From an uncultured virus (IMG/VR IMGVR_UViG_3300020582_000004) (lineage: Duplodnaviria > Heunggongvirae > Uroviricota > Caudoviricetes): a stretch of 64,000 nucleotides of DNA. Below the pieces are notes generated by a model, which was not told the DNA's origin, did not search any database, and worked only from the letters and a program-made list of their open reading frames with translations. The stretch is taken from the IMG/VR virus record IMGVR_UViG_3300020582_000004; one strand, written 5' to 3'. Positions 27,243 through 37,461 of this stretch are shown here, piece by piece. Within the stretch, counting starts at the first letter, position 1, and each line of letters opens with the position of its first letter. Made by a program: the position numbers and the translations under genes.

Positions 27243-29018
27243 ATGGCGGTTCTTTCGAATACAGGAACAGTTACTCCGGTTGTCGGTGTAGAGACAGACG
27301 TTGCGGCAATCGTTCCCGGCGCGCCTCTTGATACGATCAGCGTTTATGTTGAGGGTGGTCTCTTTGGGGCTGGTGGGTTTCTCGAGTACGCACTCTATGC
27401 AACCGTTGGGGGCTTTCGAACGCGCGTAGCTCAAGCTCAGATCGTGGGCTCGGCAACGCCGTCACTTATCGCTTGGCAGACGGTGGGTCGAGGTGATGGC
27501 CAGACGGAAGACGTTTTTGCTGGTGGCACGACATACACTGTCACAGTCATTGATTTGTCGACACAGCTCACTCCTTTAGCGCTTCCTCGTCAGCCCGTCA
27601 CGGTGACGATTGCCGGCGTCAATGACTTTGACACTGCAGCCGATCAAAATTTCGGTGCACTCCTTGTCGTTAATCCTGCTGTCCAAGCGTTCTTGACGAC
27701 GTTTACTGGATACAACCAGCTCATGGACGTCGCCATCGATCAGACGAACCTTCCGTCTGTAACGGTGATTGTTTCTGCTGACAACGGTCCGGGCTCGGTT
27801 CAGGCCGAGGTCGCAACTGTTACGATGTCCGGTAAAGACGAGACGATTGCAAGTGTCTTTCGCGGGTTGAAGCTTCCCGTTGCCACTCGTTATTTTGTCA
27901 GCGTTACGAATAATACGGGATTGCCGATTGCGGTGACGCTTACTGGAGTCACGTATTCGGTGAGCTTTACATCGGGCGGCGCGGTCATTTTGAATGGCGA
28001 TGTCGTTGGGCCGAGCGCAGCGAATACCGTAATCAAATGGGACAACGTTCCTTTGACGCTTGCAGGTCTTGGTTCGTTCGGCGGTCCTGCTGACGCCGCG
28101 ATTCCGATCTTCGATAGCGGAACAGGTTTCTGGCGCGCGCTCGTTTTGAGTGGCGGCGCTACGATGACCGATGCTGGCGTTGTTACGATTAATCCCGCTG
28201 GTATTACGCTAGGGGGAGACGTGACCGGGCCTGCTGGGGCTAATACTGTGGGCAAGTGGGATAACGTCCCTTTGCTGACGGGTGCTGTTGCGAATTCGTT
28301 TGATCTCGGTCAGCTCGTTGATGCCGCGATTCCGATTTACGATTCCGGAACGGGTCGCTGGCGACAGTTTCCGCTGAGTGGTCAAGTAACGATGACCGAT
28401 GCTGGCGTCGTCACTGTGACAGGCGCGACAGTTACTCTTGGAGGAGACGTTACCGGGCCTTCGGGGGCCAATACTGTAGTTAAATGGGAAAATGTTCCTT
28501 TGTTGGCTGGAGCCGCTCCGGGCTTCGGAGCGCCTGTTGATGGCGCTGTTGGCATCTACGATGCGGGCTTGAACGAATGGCGAACGTTCGCGCTTTCAGG
28601 CGGCGCCACGATGACGAATGCCGGGGTCGTCACGGTGACGGGTCCGATCACGCTCGCTGGTAACGCAGAAGGCCCGTCCAATGCCAATAGCGTCGTGTCT
28701 CGTGGCATCGAGGCTGTGAATCGAAATGTTCTCGCTGCTGAATTTACGCCGGCTTCTGGTATTTGGTATGTCGGTATTTCTGGTTTGACCGGAAATGTGA
28801 CTGTGACGATTCCTGACATGACAAGTGGTTCTCAGGTCATTGTGAAAGACGAAGACGGTTCGATTGGTAACGGCTTCAGCATTACGGTGGTAAGTGCTAC
28901 TGGCAAAACTATTGATGGAAATGCATCATATGTAGTGGGTAGTCCGAATCCAGGACCTCAAGACGCGAACACGTTCCTACAGAACTTTAACGCTCCAACT
29001 GAATGGGCGGTCATATGA
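27243..29018 (+). CDS. Spike/fibre-like protein with three internal shaft repeats
   Basis: Beta-rich N-domain; 3x LxGDVxGP..ANTVxKWxNVPL...TMTxAGVVT; C-terminal head-like domain. Confidence 0.7.
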   Translation: MAVLSNTGTVTPVVGVETDVAAIVPGAPLDTISVYVEGGLFGAGGFLEYALYATVGGFRTRVAQAQIVGSATPSLIAWQTVGRGDGQTEDVFAGGTTYTVTVIDLSTQLTPLALPRQPVTVTIAGVNDFDTAADQNFGALLVVNPAVQAFLTTFTGYNQLMDVAIDQTNLPSVTVIVSADNGPGSVQAEVATVTMSGKDETIASVFRGLKLPVATRYFVSVTNNTGLPIAVTLTGVTYSVSFTSGGAVILNGDVVGPSAANTVIKWDNVPLTLAGLGSFGGPADAAIPIFDSGTGFWRALVLSGGATMTDAGVVTINPAGITLGGDVTGPAGANTVGKWDNVPLLTGAVANSFDLGQLVDAAIPIYDSGTGRWRQFPLSGQVTMTDAGVVTVTGATVTLGGDVTGPSGANTVVKWENVPLLAGAAPGFGAPVDGAVGIYDAGLNEWRTFALSGGATMTNAGVVTVTGPITLAGNAEGPSNANSVVSRGIEAVNRNVLAAEFTPASGIWYVGISGLTGNVTVTIPDMTSGSQVIVKDEDGSIGNGFSITVVSATGKTIDGNASYVVGSPNPGPQDANTFLQNFNAPTEWAVI

Positions 29019-29878
29019 GTTACGCACCGACTACTCCGATCGTGATGACGTTTTTCGCCAATACGGCGAACGTTCTTGCCGCACTTCAGGCCGCCAAGAC
29101 TTTGCCCGCTGTTGGAAATCTTCTCATTACGATTGAGGGATACGGCGGTTCTGGCGGCGGAGGTGGTGGCCAAGGTGGCGGTGCAGCTCCAGGTGTTGGT
29201 GGCGGCGGTTCTGGCGGATGTCAGCTTCAGCGCTCCTTCTTTATTCACAATCTCGCTCATCGACTCGACATCATCGTGGGGTCTGGAGGTCTTCCAGGTG
29301 TTGCGGGCGTTGCAGGAAATGGAAATGGTGGAACGGGTGGTGATGGCACTCGGACACTCGCTCTTGATTTTACAGCCACCGAGATTCTCTCTGCGCTATC
29401 GGGTTCTTCAGGCGGCGAAGGTGGCGGAATCGAGGGAGCGGGCGGCTTTGGTGGGGCGTCCTATCCAGGTGGTGTGCTGATTCCAAGGGCTATTGGAACG
29501 ACGCCATATGGGAATGGCTTCATGCTCGCGGGTGGTCAGGGTGGTAACTTTGGAACGCCTGGAACGGCGGGCCAGTTCGGCGTCAATGCGAATCTCATTC
29601 CGGGCGCAACTGCGAACTGGGCTCCTGGAGCAGGAGGCGCAAGCTCGGGAGTCTTGGGCGGTGGAGGTGGCGGAGGCGGAGCGGGTGTTCTCGCTCCTGG
29701 AGGTCCCGGTGGAGCTGGAATTGCTGCTGGCAATCCCGGCAATCCTGGTAGCGGCGCTGCTCCCAATTCAGGCGGAGGCGTCGGTGGCGGCTCTGGTGGT
29801 GCTGGTGCTGGTGATGCAGGTGGCGCTGGTGCAACTGGAGCTACGGGCTACGCTAGGATTTCGTTTATTGCTCCGTAA
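29015..29878 (+). CDS. Glycine-rich fibre-like protein
   Basis: ATGA overlap with the upstream gene; GGSGGGG...GGGGSGG pattern of phage glycine-rich domains. Confidence 0.65.
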   Translation: MSYAPTTPIVMTFFANTANVLAALQAAKTLPAVGNLLITIEGYGGSGGGGGGQGGGAAPGVGGGGSGGCQLQRSFFIHNLAHRLDIIVGSGGLPGVAGVAGNGNGGTGGDGTRTLALDFTATEILSALSGSSGGEGGGIEGAGGFGGASYPGGVLIPRAIGTTPYGNGFMLAGGQGGNFGTPGTAGQFGVNANLIPGATANWAPGAGGASSGVLGGGGGGGGAGVLAPGGPGGAGIAAGNPGNPGSGAAPNSGGGVGGGSGGAGAGDAGGAGATGATGYARISFIAP

Positions 29879-29890
29879 AGGAATTAGCTC

Positions 29891-31456
29891 ATGACAATCT
29901 GGATTGGATATGACGGCACGCTAAACGATGATGAGGGCGATGGTCCGGCCGTAGCTGGCGATCCGATGCAGACGTTCGTTGGCCAGACTCTCGCAGAGAG
30001 TGTTGGGTACGACGGTTTTGTTGGTCAGGACGATGGCGGCGGTGGAGGTTTTGATTTTGGTAGCGCGCTAAGCTCGCTCGGAACAGCTGCTGCCAGCGCA
30101 TTTGGTGGAAGCGGCGGAGGAGGCGGCGCAGGAGGCGCGGGAGGGGGTGGAGGCGGCTTCGATTTTGGTAGCGCGATGAGTTCGCTCAGTAGCGCGTTTG
30201 GCGGAAGTGGTGGAGGTGGCGGCGGTAGCGGCGGAGGAGGCGATACGGGCTCGGCCATCGCAAACATTTTTGGCCAAGTCGCGAAAGCTGCAGCGCCTGT
30301 TGCAGAAAGAGCGATTTCGCAAGCGATGCAGCAGCATCCTTCACAGCAGGCGCAGCAAACGCAGCAGTTGCCGCAGCATCCGTCGCAGCAAGCAGCTCCT
30401 CCGGCTGCGCATCCTCAAGCACCAAGAGGTAAGCCCGCTGTTCGTCAGAAGCACGCGATGGATCCGAAGGCGCGGCTCAATCTTGTGTTGACTCATCTTG
30501 CCAAGCAATACGGAATGCCTCCGCCTGAAAAGTCGACTGCGGCGCAAGCCGGGGCCTTTATGAATGACATGATGAAGGGTCCGGGCTCGACTCCTTCAGG
30601 CTCTGGAGGAAAAACCGTGACGGGCGCGCTGTTCGATGATGGCGGCGGGCTTCTTGGAGCGATTCGTCGTTTCTTTTCTCCGCGTGTGCGCATTGTCGCG
30701 CCAAGGTCTCACTATTTGGATTACGGCCGAAACCGTGGCCCTATTTACGGCCACGGTCAGAGTTCTCAGTATAGTTATGACCAGGGTCCTGGCTACGGTT
30801 ATGGTTTGGAGTTTGGTTACGGACAGCCACATGCGCAGCAGCAATATGCGCAGCAGCAATATGTGCAGCAGCAATATCCGCAGCACGCTGCGACGACTTA
30901 TCATCCGCAAGCCATGCCCGCGACGCCAGTTACCTATCATCCGTACGAGATGCCAGCCTCTAAGTCGTCAGTTTCTTTTCCTCCCATTCCTCCGCACATG
31001 CAGCAGGTCTCGGCTACGTGGCAAAGACCTTCAAAGTCTGCAAAAGGCTCTGGCGGGCTTGGTGGACATGGTGGTGGAGGTGGCTACGGAATCGCCGATG
31101 AGCGCATTCGAGAGGCTCAGCGCCTCATGAACGCTTATTGGCATTACCCGTTCCTCGTTGAAGACGGAATCTTGGGCACGGACACCATCCGATACCTCAC
31201 GGAGTTTCAACGTCAGCAGGGCTTGCCGCAGACCGGGCGAGATGATGACGCGACGCACGCGCTTTTACTCACGCATCCGCTCGCTTGGCCGGCCGGGACA
31301 AGCTCAGATGACATCCCGACGCCGGTTGCGACCGAGGCGCTCGGAACCGACGAGGTGCGCACCGGTATTCAATCGACATCGATGTATTCGCCGCACAACT
31401 ACTATACCGATTCGTATGGAGCTTACGTGCTTCCATGTCCTGAAGGCTGGTGGTGA
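29891..31456 (+). CDS. Low-complexity protein with C-terminal peptidoglycan-binding domain
   Basis: Duplicated GGGFDFGSA; IREAQRLMN...EDGILGTDT...EFQRQQGLPQTGRDD. Confidence 0.7.
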   Translation: MTIWIGYDGTLNDDEGDGPAVAGDPMQTFVGQTLAESVGYDGFVGQDDGGGGGFDFGSALSSLGTAAASAFGGSGGGGGAGGAGGGGGGFDFGSAMSSLSSAFGGSGGGGGGSGGGGDTGSAIANIFGQVAKAAAPVAERAISQAMQQHPSQQAQQTQQLPQHPSQQAAPPAAHPQAPRGKPAVRQKHAMDPKARLNLVLTHLAKQYGMPPPEKSTAAQAGAFMNDMMKGPGSTPSGSGGKTVTGALFDDGGGLLGAIRRFFSPRVRIVAPRSHYLDYGRNRGPIYGHGQSSQYSYDQGPGYGYGLEFGYGQPHAQQQYAQQQYVQQQYPQHAATTYHPQAMPATPVTYHPYEMPASKSSVSFPPIPPHMQQVSATWQRPSKSAKGSGGLGGHGGGGGYGIADERIREAQRLMNAYWHYPFLVEDGILGTDTIRYLTEFQRQQGLPQTGRDDDATHALLLTHPLAWPAGTSSDDIPTPVATEALGTDEVRTGIQSTSMYSPHNYYTDSYGAYVLPCPEGWW

Positions 31457-31559
31457 GCGGATTTTGGGTGATTTTTCAGGGTTTTTTCGAGGGTTTTCAA
31501 GTTTTTGCGAAAGTTGTGGACACGGCTCTCTGTGATAGAGTTTATCGGAAGAAAGTCTA

Positions 31560-32033
31560 ATGATTCTCTCTGACCGGCTGGTGCACGATTTCGCAGAACG
31601 ATACCCGCGCATGGCGCACATGGCGTCGAGCGCTGCTGGCGAAAAGACGTTTGGTGCGATTCTTCAAGGCATCACGGTGATCGGCGTCGCTGGCACGATG
31701 AGCTACTTGAACGCTCGTCACGCAGCGGCTGGGCGCCAAGCCTACGAGGTTGCTGGCGTTCCTGCGGACCTCGCGCTCGGGGTGCTTTTTTCGGGGCTTG
31801 CCCTCACTGGTTACTTCGGCGATCACGCCAAGCACGCGCACAACGTCGGCAACGGCTTTCTCTGCGCGTATGCGTGCCGGATGGGCACGATGTGGGGTTC
31901 GGCGGCGAAGAGTCAGCTTGGTGCAGGCGCTCCTCGCGCTGCCGCAGCATTCGCGGCGCCAGCGGGCTCGCCGTACGCATCCAACGCGGCCTCGGCTCCC
32001 GTCGCGACTGGCTCGTATCCCTGGGCCGCATGA
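31560..32033 (+). CDS. Membrane protein
   Basis: Several hydrophobic helices; lies immediately upstream of the capsid candidate. Confidence 0.6.
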   Translation: MILSDRLVHDFAERYPRMAHMASSAAGEKTFGAILQGITVIGVAGTMSYLNARHAAAGRQAYEVAGVPADLALGVLFSGLALTGYFGDHAKHAHNVGNGFLCAYACRMGTMWGSAAKSQLGAGAPRAAAAFAAPAGSPYASNAASAPVATGSYPWAA

Positions 32034-32116
32034 ATTCCGTTACGAATCACTCACAACTTTGAGGTTTCACATCAAGACGTAAGAAAGAGTCAACAATTAG
32101 AGTGAAGGCGAACGCG

Positions 32117-32126
32117 GAATAGGTGC
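32117..32126 (+). promoter_or_regulatory. GAATAGGTGC motif, copy 3
   Basis: Upstream of the capsid candidate (ATG 32204). Confidence 0.6.
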
Positions 32127-32203
32127 CGTTCTAGCTTTCCGAAGTTTCAGGGATGCGCGTTCATCATGATCGCGCGCCTTGGGAAGAAGGAAGCGCGGTT
32201 ACT

Positions 32204-32878
32204 ATGTACGAATTCGCAAATTTGGATCGGGTTGGCTACGGAGCGCCGGGCGGCTTTGACCGCGTCGGTTACGGTCCGCAGCTTGTGGGTGTGCAGTCTG
32301 GCCCCGCCATCGTCGGCGCGGCTCCTCTCGCTGGTCCGATGGGTCCTGCGGGACATGCTGGTCCTATGGGTCCCGCTGGGGCTCGCGGACCGATGGGCCA
32401 AATGCATCACGGTCGCAACCCTTGGGCGCCTCCGGGCTTCCCCTGGGCGGGCATCGGTTACGGTCCGTACGGCTACGCCGCATCGACTCCGTACCCGTAC
32501 TCGGGCTACCCCCACGTCGTCAACACGCCCCCGACGCAGGTGCGCGAGTTCGTCATCGGCTTCGGCCCGACGGTCATTCTCGCGAACTCGACGGCGATCT
32601 TTCAGGCGCAGCCGCAGCTGATCTTCCGCGGCAGCCGCCTGATCGTTCCGTCGGCTCTCGCCAACAACTTCTCGATCAACGACATCCGCGTCGGCAAGGA
32701 CTCGCAGGCTGTGTCTGCGAACCCGATCCCCGCGGCGGCGTTCAGCGAGCTTGCTGTCGGCGTGAACCTCGGCCTCGATACGGCGACGCCCGGCATCATC
32801 ATCACGATCAGCGTCTCGAACACGACTGCGGCTCAGCAGACGTTCTCGGCGGCGCTCATCGGCACCTCGATGCAGTGA
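32204..32878 (+). CDS. Candidate major capsid protein (single jelly-roll-like beta domain with low-complexity N-arm)
   Basis: C-terminal ~115 aa of alternating beta strands (QAQPQLIFRGSRLIV...FSINDIRVG...IPAAAFSE...ITISVSN...FSAALIG); markedly C/G-ending codons; own promoter motif and downstream hairpins. The fold is inferred. Confidence 0.5.
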   Translation: MYEFANLDRVGYGAPGGFDRVGYGPQLVGVQSGPAIVGAAPLAGPMGPAGHAGPMGPAGARGPMGQMHHGRNPWAPPGFPWAGIGYGPYGYAASTPYPYSGYPHVVNTPPTQVREFVIGFGPTVILANSTAIFQAQPQLIFRGSRLIVPSALANNFSINDIRVGKDSQAVSANPIPAAAFSELAVGVNLGLDTATPGIIITISVSNTTAAQQTFSAALIGTSMQ

Positions 32879-32892
32879 GGTGAAGGAGTCCG

Positions 32893-33001
32893 GCTGGCGG
32901 GATTAACTCTTTCTCCCGCCAGCACCTAGCCCCGCCAAGGCCCGGATAAATTGGCCCGAGCGCCCACCTCCTCTCCTTACCGGGACGAGGGGGTGGGCGC
33001 T
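32893..33001 (+). terminator. Two strong hairpins downstream of capsid candidate
   Basis: GCTGGCGGGA/TCCCGCCAGC (32893-32923) and a 15-bp stem AGCGCCCACCTCCTC/GAGGGGGTGGGCGCT (32959-33001); no long U-tract. Confidence 0.5.
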
Positions 33002-33056
33002 TCAGGTTTCTGGATTCTTGATGACGTGATTCGAGAGGCGAGTGAGGCAAGTGACG

Positions 33057-33530
33057 ATGTACACACCGAAGTTCGAGCTGAGCGGATTCTCGACGCTGCC
33101 ACCGAATCGAAAAGAAATCGTGCTTCGCGCTTTTATCGAGGCACTTATCGTTGCGGATTGGAACTACATCATTGATGAAGAACGGAACGGAAGACCTGTT
33201 CCTTCTATTTATGATTGTTTGGGTCCAAATGCGTATGTGCTCAAAGTTCGGCCAATGGGCCTCGATTCGTGGCAGGACATCCCGACTACTTTGGAGCTAG
33301 GTAGTGGAGACTGTAAAGATTTTTCAGCCTGGCGTGTCGCTGAATTGCGTCACGCAGGTTACGATGATGTGTATCCAAAAATTAAGCGATCTGTACATCC
33401 AGATCCCAATGGTGTTGATCCACCGATGACCGTGTATCACGTCCAAGTGCGTATTGGTGAAGTCACCGAGGATCCGTCAGCAATCCTTGGAATGCCAACA
33501 CATGTAACCTACGACCAGCTTCGGAGATAA
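33057..33530 (+). CDS. Transglutaminase-like cysteine enzyme (putative maturation protease)
   Basis: GDCKD...YHVQVR...EDPS gives a Cys-His-Asp triad of the transglutaminase-like superfamily. Confidence 0.7.
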   Translation: MYTPKFELSGFSTLPPNRKEIVLRAFIEALIVADWNYIIDEERNGRPVPSIYDCLGPNAYVLKVRPMGLDSWQDIPTTLELGSGDCKDFSAWRVAELRHAGYDDVYPKIKRSVHPDPNGVDPPMTVYHVQVRIGEVTEDPSAILGMPTHVTYDQLRR

Positions 33531-33536
33531 TCAATC

Positions 33537-33923
33537 ATGGCATCCAGCGGCGGACTCACGGCTCTCACGATCATCGGCATAGGTGTCGGCGGCTACGCGC
33601 TTTACCGATTTTGGAAGCAGAGCGGCGGTCATTTCGACTTTGGGGCCGAGCATCATATTGCGCATGGTGGCCACGCTGGTGTGCATGACGCTGCTGCTGC
33701 TCGCGGATATTTCGATGGGTATTACGGCTACTACGATTACGTTGGTCGTGGTGGAGGTCGAATGCCGTTTCAGCATCAGCAGCAACAGCAACAGCAGCAA
33801 CAGCAGCAGGCTGACGACAGCGGCGGTGCGGGCAGCGGCGAATTTGGGATGCCGCAGCAGCAGCACCCGCCGTTTGCTTCGCATCGTCAGTATGACCGAT
33901 TCGCTCGGCATGGGCGTCGCTAG
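33537..33923 (+). CDS. Small membrane protein with poly-Gln
   Basis: N-terminal TM; ARGYFDG motif; Q run. Confidence 0.6.
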   Translation: MASSGGLTALTIIGIGVGGYALYRFWKQSGGHFDFGAEHHIAHGGHAGVHDAAAARGYFDGYYGYYDYVGRGGGRMPFQHQQQQQQQQQQQADDSGGAGSGEFGMPQQQHPPFASHRQYDRFARHGRR

Positions 33924-33947
33924 AAAAGGCCAAAGGAAAGAACGAAC

Positions 33948-35168
33948 ATGGAACCCATCACTCTCGCAATGTTGGCCGCTGCTGGGTATTACGCTTACGA
34001 GAAGAACAAGAACCCTTCGTGGTCACCTCTCGCGTGTCTTCTCGCGCATCCGCACGAGAAGGTCATTGCGCTCGAAAAAGTGAAGGTGACTTCGGTTCCG
34101 ACGCCGCATGAGGCTGCAGCGCTCGACCCGAACATGACGACAGAGCAGGTCAAGCAAGTCAATACGACGCTCATGACCGAGACTGATCCCAAAAAGATTG
34201 CGGCTCACGCTGATGCGCTTTCCGACCTTGGACATGACAACAGTGCGAGTGCCCTTGCCGCGAAGGCTAACGCCGTGGGTGAAGCGAAGTCGCTTGGCGC
34301 GACGGATGCCGACATTCATTTGCAGCACGCTCTTGCTGCTTCAGCTCCTCAAGCCTTGGCTGCAGTGGGCTGGGGTCCGGTCATCACGGGGTACGATCCT
34401 TTCGAGAACCCGAAATTCCGTGGTCATGAGCAGCAGTACGGCGTGGAGTCGCACGGGCGTGGAGTGCAGCATGGGCGTGGGGTGCAGCATGGGCGCGGAG
34501 CGCAGTACGGACGTGGTGGAGCGCAATACGGGCGCGGCGGGCGTGGTGGCGGTCGTGGTTTGATGGACAGGATCTTTGGTCGCCGCAATGAGGGCCGCGG
34601 CCGTGGTCAGGGAATGCAGCAGTTCGGTCGCGGTGACGAATACAATTCTGAGATGTCGATGGACGAGTACGGTCATCGACATCACCATCGTCGGCATCTG
34701 ACTCCGCAGCAGCTCGAAGAGCAGCGTGAGACGGAGCGCCATCGTCATCATCCCATGCAATCGCCGATGATGAGTCAGATTCCAATCGATCATCCGTTCC
34801 ATCCTCATCATCCGCATCATCATCATCCTGCTGTGCAGCAAGCACTTGCAGAACAAACTGTGCAGCAACCTGTGGTGCAGGACTACGATCAAGGTCAAGG
34901 GCTTGATCAAGATCAAGGGCTTGATCAAGATCAAGGGCAAGGCGCTGTGCCTATCGGAATTCCGATGGGCGGCGGCGGCGCGGCTGCGGCGACGGCGTTA
35001 CCAGCCGATGCCGATGCTACGGCATTAGCGGCACAAACTGCGACGGGTTTCTACGGCTACGACAACAGCGGCTTCGGTGGCTACGGCGCTATCGGTTACG
35101 GCGGTCCTGGAGGAATGGGCGGCTACGGGAGCTGGGGCTCGTTTGGCGGTTGGGGACACGGGCTGTAA
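33948..35168 (+). CDS. Membrane-anchored modular low-complexity protein
   Basis: N-terminal anchor, helical ExDPK domain, RG-, His- and Gln-rich segments. Confidence 0.65.
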   Translation: MEPITLAMLAAAGYYAYEKNKNPSWSPLACLLAHPHEKVIALEKVKVTSVPTPHEAAALDPNMTTEQVKQVNTTLMTETDPKKIAAHADALSDLGHDNSASALAAKANAVGEAKSLGATDADIHLQHALAASAPQALAAVGWGPVITGYDPFENPKFRGHEQQYGVESHGRGVQHGRGVQHGRGAQYGRGGAQYGRGGRGGGRGLMDRIFGRRNEGRGRGQGMQQFGRGDEYNSEMSMDEYGHRHHHRRHLTPQQLEEQRETERHRHHPMQSPMMSQIPIDHPFHPHHPHHHHPAVQQALAEQTVQQPVVQDYDQGQGLDQDQGLDQDQGQGAVPIGIPMGGGGAAAATALPADADATALAAQTATGFYGYDNSGFGGYGAIGYGGPGGMGGYGSWGSFGGWGHGL

Positions 35169-35423
35169 TCGTGTCTCTTTCGCTCAGCCAAGCTCACTGG
35201 CTCATTCATTTCATGCGTAACGTTCCTGGCGGCGCGTACGGAGCGCAGGCAGCGCAGCAAGCAGCTGATACGCAAAGAAGTGATTACGTCGTCGATCCCC
35301 AGCAAGTTGGGTATGTGAGCCAAGAGGGCGTGGATTACGACTACGAGTGCTTTCCGGTTGGACCTTCATCGGGTTATCGGCAGTACTGAAAATGTGAGAA
35401 GAAGTGAAAGAGGTAAGTGAGTC

Positions 35424-35987
35424 ATGAGTGACGAGAAACCCGTAGCAGAACAATTCGATGCTCTGGGACATGCTCTTGGTGCACCGCAAAGCGCGCCCAA
35501 GTTCATCGACCCGCGTCCAACGGATCTCGAAGTTTTCTTTTCGCTCTTGCCGGGGGTCATGGGCGGCCTCGCAGCGAAAGGCGGCGACCTTCGCTCGATC
35601 AACTCGAGCGCGTTCATCGTGGTTCGAGAAGCGCTCGGTCAGTGCGCAGCGATGGGCGCGCTTCGTCCAACGTTCGTGTGCATCGACGGGACGCCGCTCG
35701 TGATGATGCCGAACAACATGCCCATTCCAGGCGTGCAAGCTCCCGTTTCGCAGCAGCAGGCTCAGGGAAACGGCATCATGGTGGCGCAGCATCCCAATCA
35801 GCCGGGCCAAGGTCAGGCTGCGCAGCAACCCGGCGTAGGAGGCCTCGTGTCGCAGTTTCCGACGCAGGCGCAGCCCGTTCAGCACGGCGGCGGGATGGTG
35901 GGCGGCCAGCAGCCGAACTTCGGCAACGGTTCGCGCGGCGTCATGGTGGCGCAGTTCCCGAACGGCACGACTCCTCCGCAGCTCTGA
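35424..35987 (+). CDS. Hypothetical protein, Gln/Pro-rich tail
   Basis: GAGG RBS; 187 aa. Confidence 0.6.
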   Translation: MSDEKPVAEQFDALGHALGAPQSAPKFIDPRPTDLEVFFSLLPGVMGGLAAKGGDLRSINSSAFIVVREALGQCAAMGALRPTFVCIDGTPLVMMPNNMPIPGVQAPVSQQQAQGNGIMVAQHPNQPGQGQAAQQPGVGGLVSQFPTQAQPVQHGGGMVGGQQPNFGNGSRGVMVAQFPNGTTPPQL

Positions 35988-35995
35988 GTGATTCA

Positions 35996-36496
35996 ATGGC
36001 TGAGTGGACTCCCACGAAGAAGTTTTTGGCTCTCGGCGCCGCCGTAGGGACAGGCTTGCTTGTGCTCCACTGTCGGCGTCGCTACGCCGACCACAACGAC
36101 GCTCCAATTGTTTTGGATCCGGCGCTTGATCCGGTGACACGTAAAGTGATCTTGGCCTCCCTCGCACAAGAACGCGATCCAAAGGTTTTGCACACGCTCG
36201 CGACGCGATGCCACGAGGCTGGATACAAGAAGACTGCCGAGGTCGTGGGGTCGAAAGCCGCGTCGCTCGTTTCTGGAGAGTTCGTGGGCCAGTGGTCGGC
36301 TGATCACGTTGTGAGACACGCGCAGCACATGCTCCAGACACTCGGCTACGACGTTCTCGTTGACGGCGTGCTCGGGCCGCGCACGAAGCGGGCTGTTGAG
36401 CGTTTCCAGTCGCTTCACGATCTCGACATCACGGGCATGCTCGACACGTTCACCGTGGCATCGCTCAATCGCGCTTCGCTTTCGGGAGGCGCGTAG
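35996..36496 (+). CDS. Membrane protein with peptidoglycan-binding domain
   Basis: ATG 35996; TM; ERDPK domain; SGEFVG; VRHAQHMLQTLGY...VDGVLGPRTKRAVERFQ. Confidence 0.8.
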   Translation: MAEWTPTKKFLALGAAVGTGLLVLHCRRRYADHNDAPIVLDPALDPVTRKVILASLAQERDPKVLHTLATRCHEAGYKKTAEVVGSKAASLVSGEFVGQWSADHVVRHAQHMLQTLGYDVLVDGVLGPRTKRAVERFQSLHDLDITGMLDTFTVASLNRASLSGGA

Positions 36497-37009
36497 ATGC
36501 TTCCTCTTTTGCTTCTCATTCCTGGAGGCATTCTTCTTTGGGTGTTTGCCGAGCGTCACGCGGAGCGGCGACTGCGAGGCCGCGATCACGCAGGTTACTT
36601 GCCAAGAAGTCGTACTCGTTCGCATCGAGACATACGCCCTGAGCATGTGACCGCGTCGGACTATCTTCGTCATCTTCACGAGGCGACGATGGCAGCGCGC
36701 GTGCTCGATACGGTGAAGCCTGCGGCTTTGGCCGGTGACGTTCGAGCGTTGACGTCGGCTCCGGACGACGTGCGAATCGCGCTCGAGATTCTCTCGTCGT
36801 ATCTGCCGGTTCTTTTTGCACAGAAAGATCTCAACGTGCTCGGCGCCTCGCCGCCTCTCCCTGAAGACGGCGTGATTGGGCCTGCCACGGCAGCAGCCAT
36901 CAGCGCGATTCAAACGCGTTTCGGCGAGACTGCAACCGGGGACCTCGACGACGCAACAGCTGTCGCGATTCGGTATTCGGTCGGATGCATCAACGCGCAA
37001 GGCTTTTGA
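36497..37009 (+). CDS. Membrane protein with peptidoglycan-binding domain
   Basis: N-terminal TM; AQKDLNVLG...EDGVIGPATAAAISAIQ...TGDLD. Confidence 0.75.
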   Translation: MLPLLLLIPGGILLWVFAERHAERRLRGRDHAGYLPRSRTRSHRDIRPEHVTASDYLRHLHEATMAARVLDTVKPAALAGDVRALTSAPDDVRIALEILSSYLPVLFAQKDLNVLGASPPLPEDGVIGPATAAAISAIQTRFGETATGDLDDATAVAIRYSVGCINAQGF

Positions 37010-37090
37010 GGTCTGTCGGCTGGCTCTAGTTTTTTCGATTTTTGAAACGTTTCGTGCAATCGGATATTAAAACAAGAGGAGATATCGAAC

Positions 37091-37363
37091 ATGGTGGACT
37101 ACAAAAAGGCAGCGCTCACGGGAGCGGCAGTGGGTCTCGTTGCCAGTTTTTTCATGGGAAAGAAGACCCGAGGCCTGAACCTCACCAAGCTCGCGACTTA
37201 CGCCGGCACGGGCGCGCTCGCGGTCGTGGGCGGTTCGTTCGCCATGGCCGAAGTCGCTGGTCGTCCTCTCGCCATGTTCGCTCGCACGGGCTGGGAAGAG
37301 GGAGAAGCGATGTGGGATCGTCATCACCGCCCGATCGGTCACGAGCACTTCCATCGCTGGTAG
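37091..37363 (+). CDS. Small membrane protein
   Basis: GAGGAG RBS; two hydrophobic helices. Confidence 0.6.
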   Translation: MVDYKKAALTGAAVGLVASFFMGKKTRGLNLTKLATYAGTGALAVVGGSFAMAEVAGRPLAMFARTGWEEGEAMWDRHHRPIGHEHFHRW

Positions 37364-37461
37364 GCCACTCGTGGCTCAAGTAGGCTTTGAATGAGGGCGA
37401 TGGAAGCGAAGGCTTTCGTCGTCCTCGTTTTGCCATTTCCGAAGGGCACATCTGAGGAACG

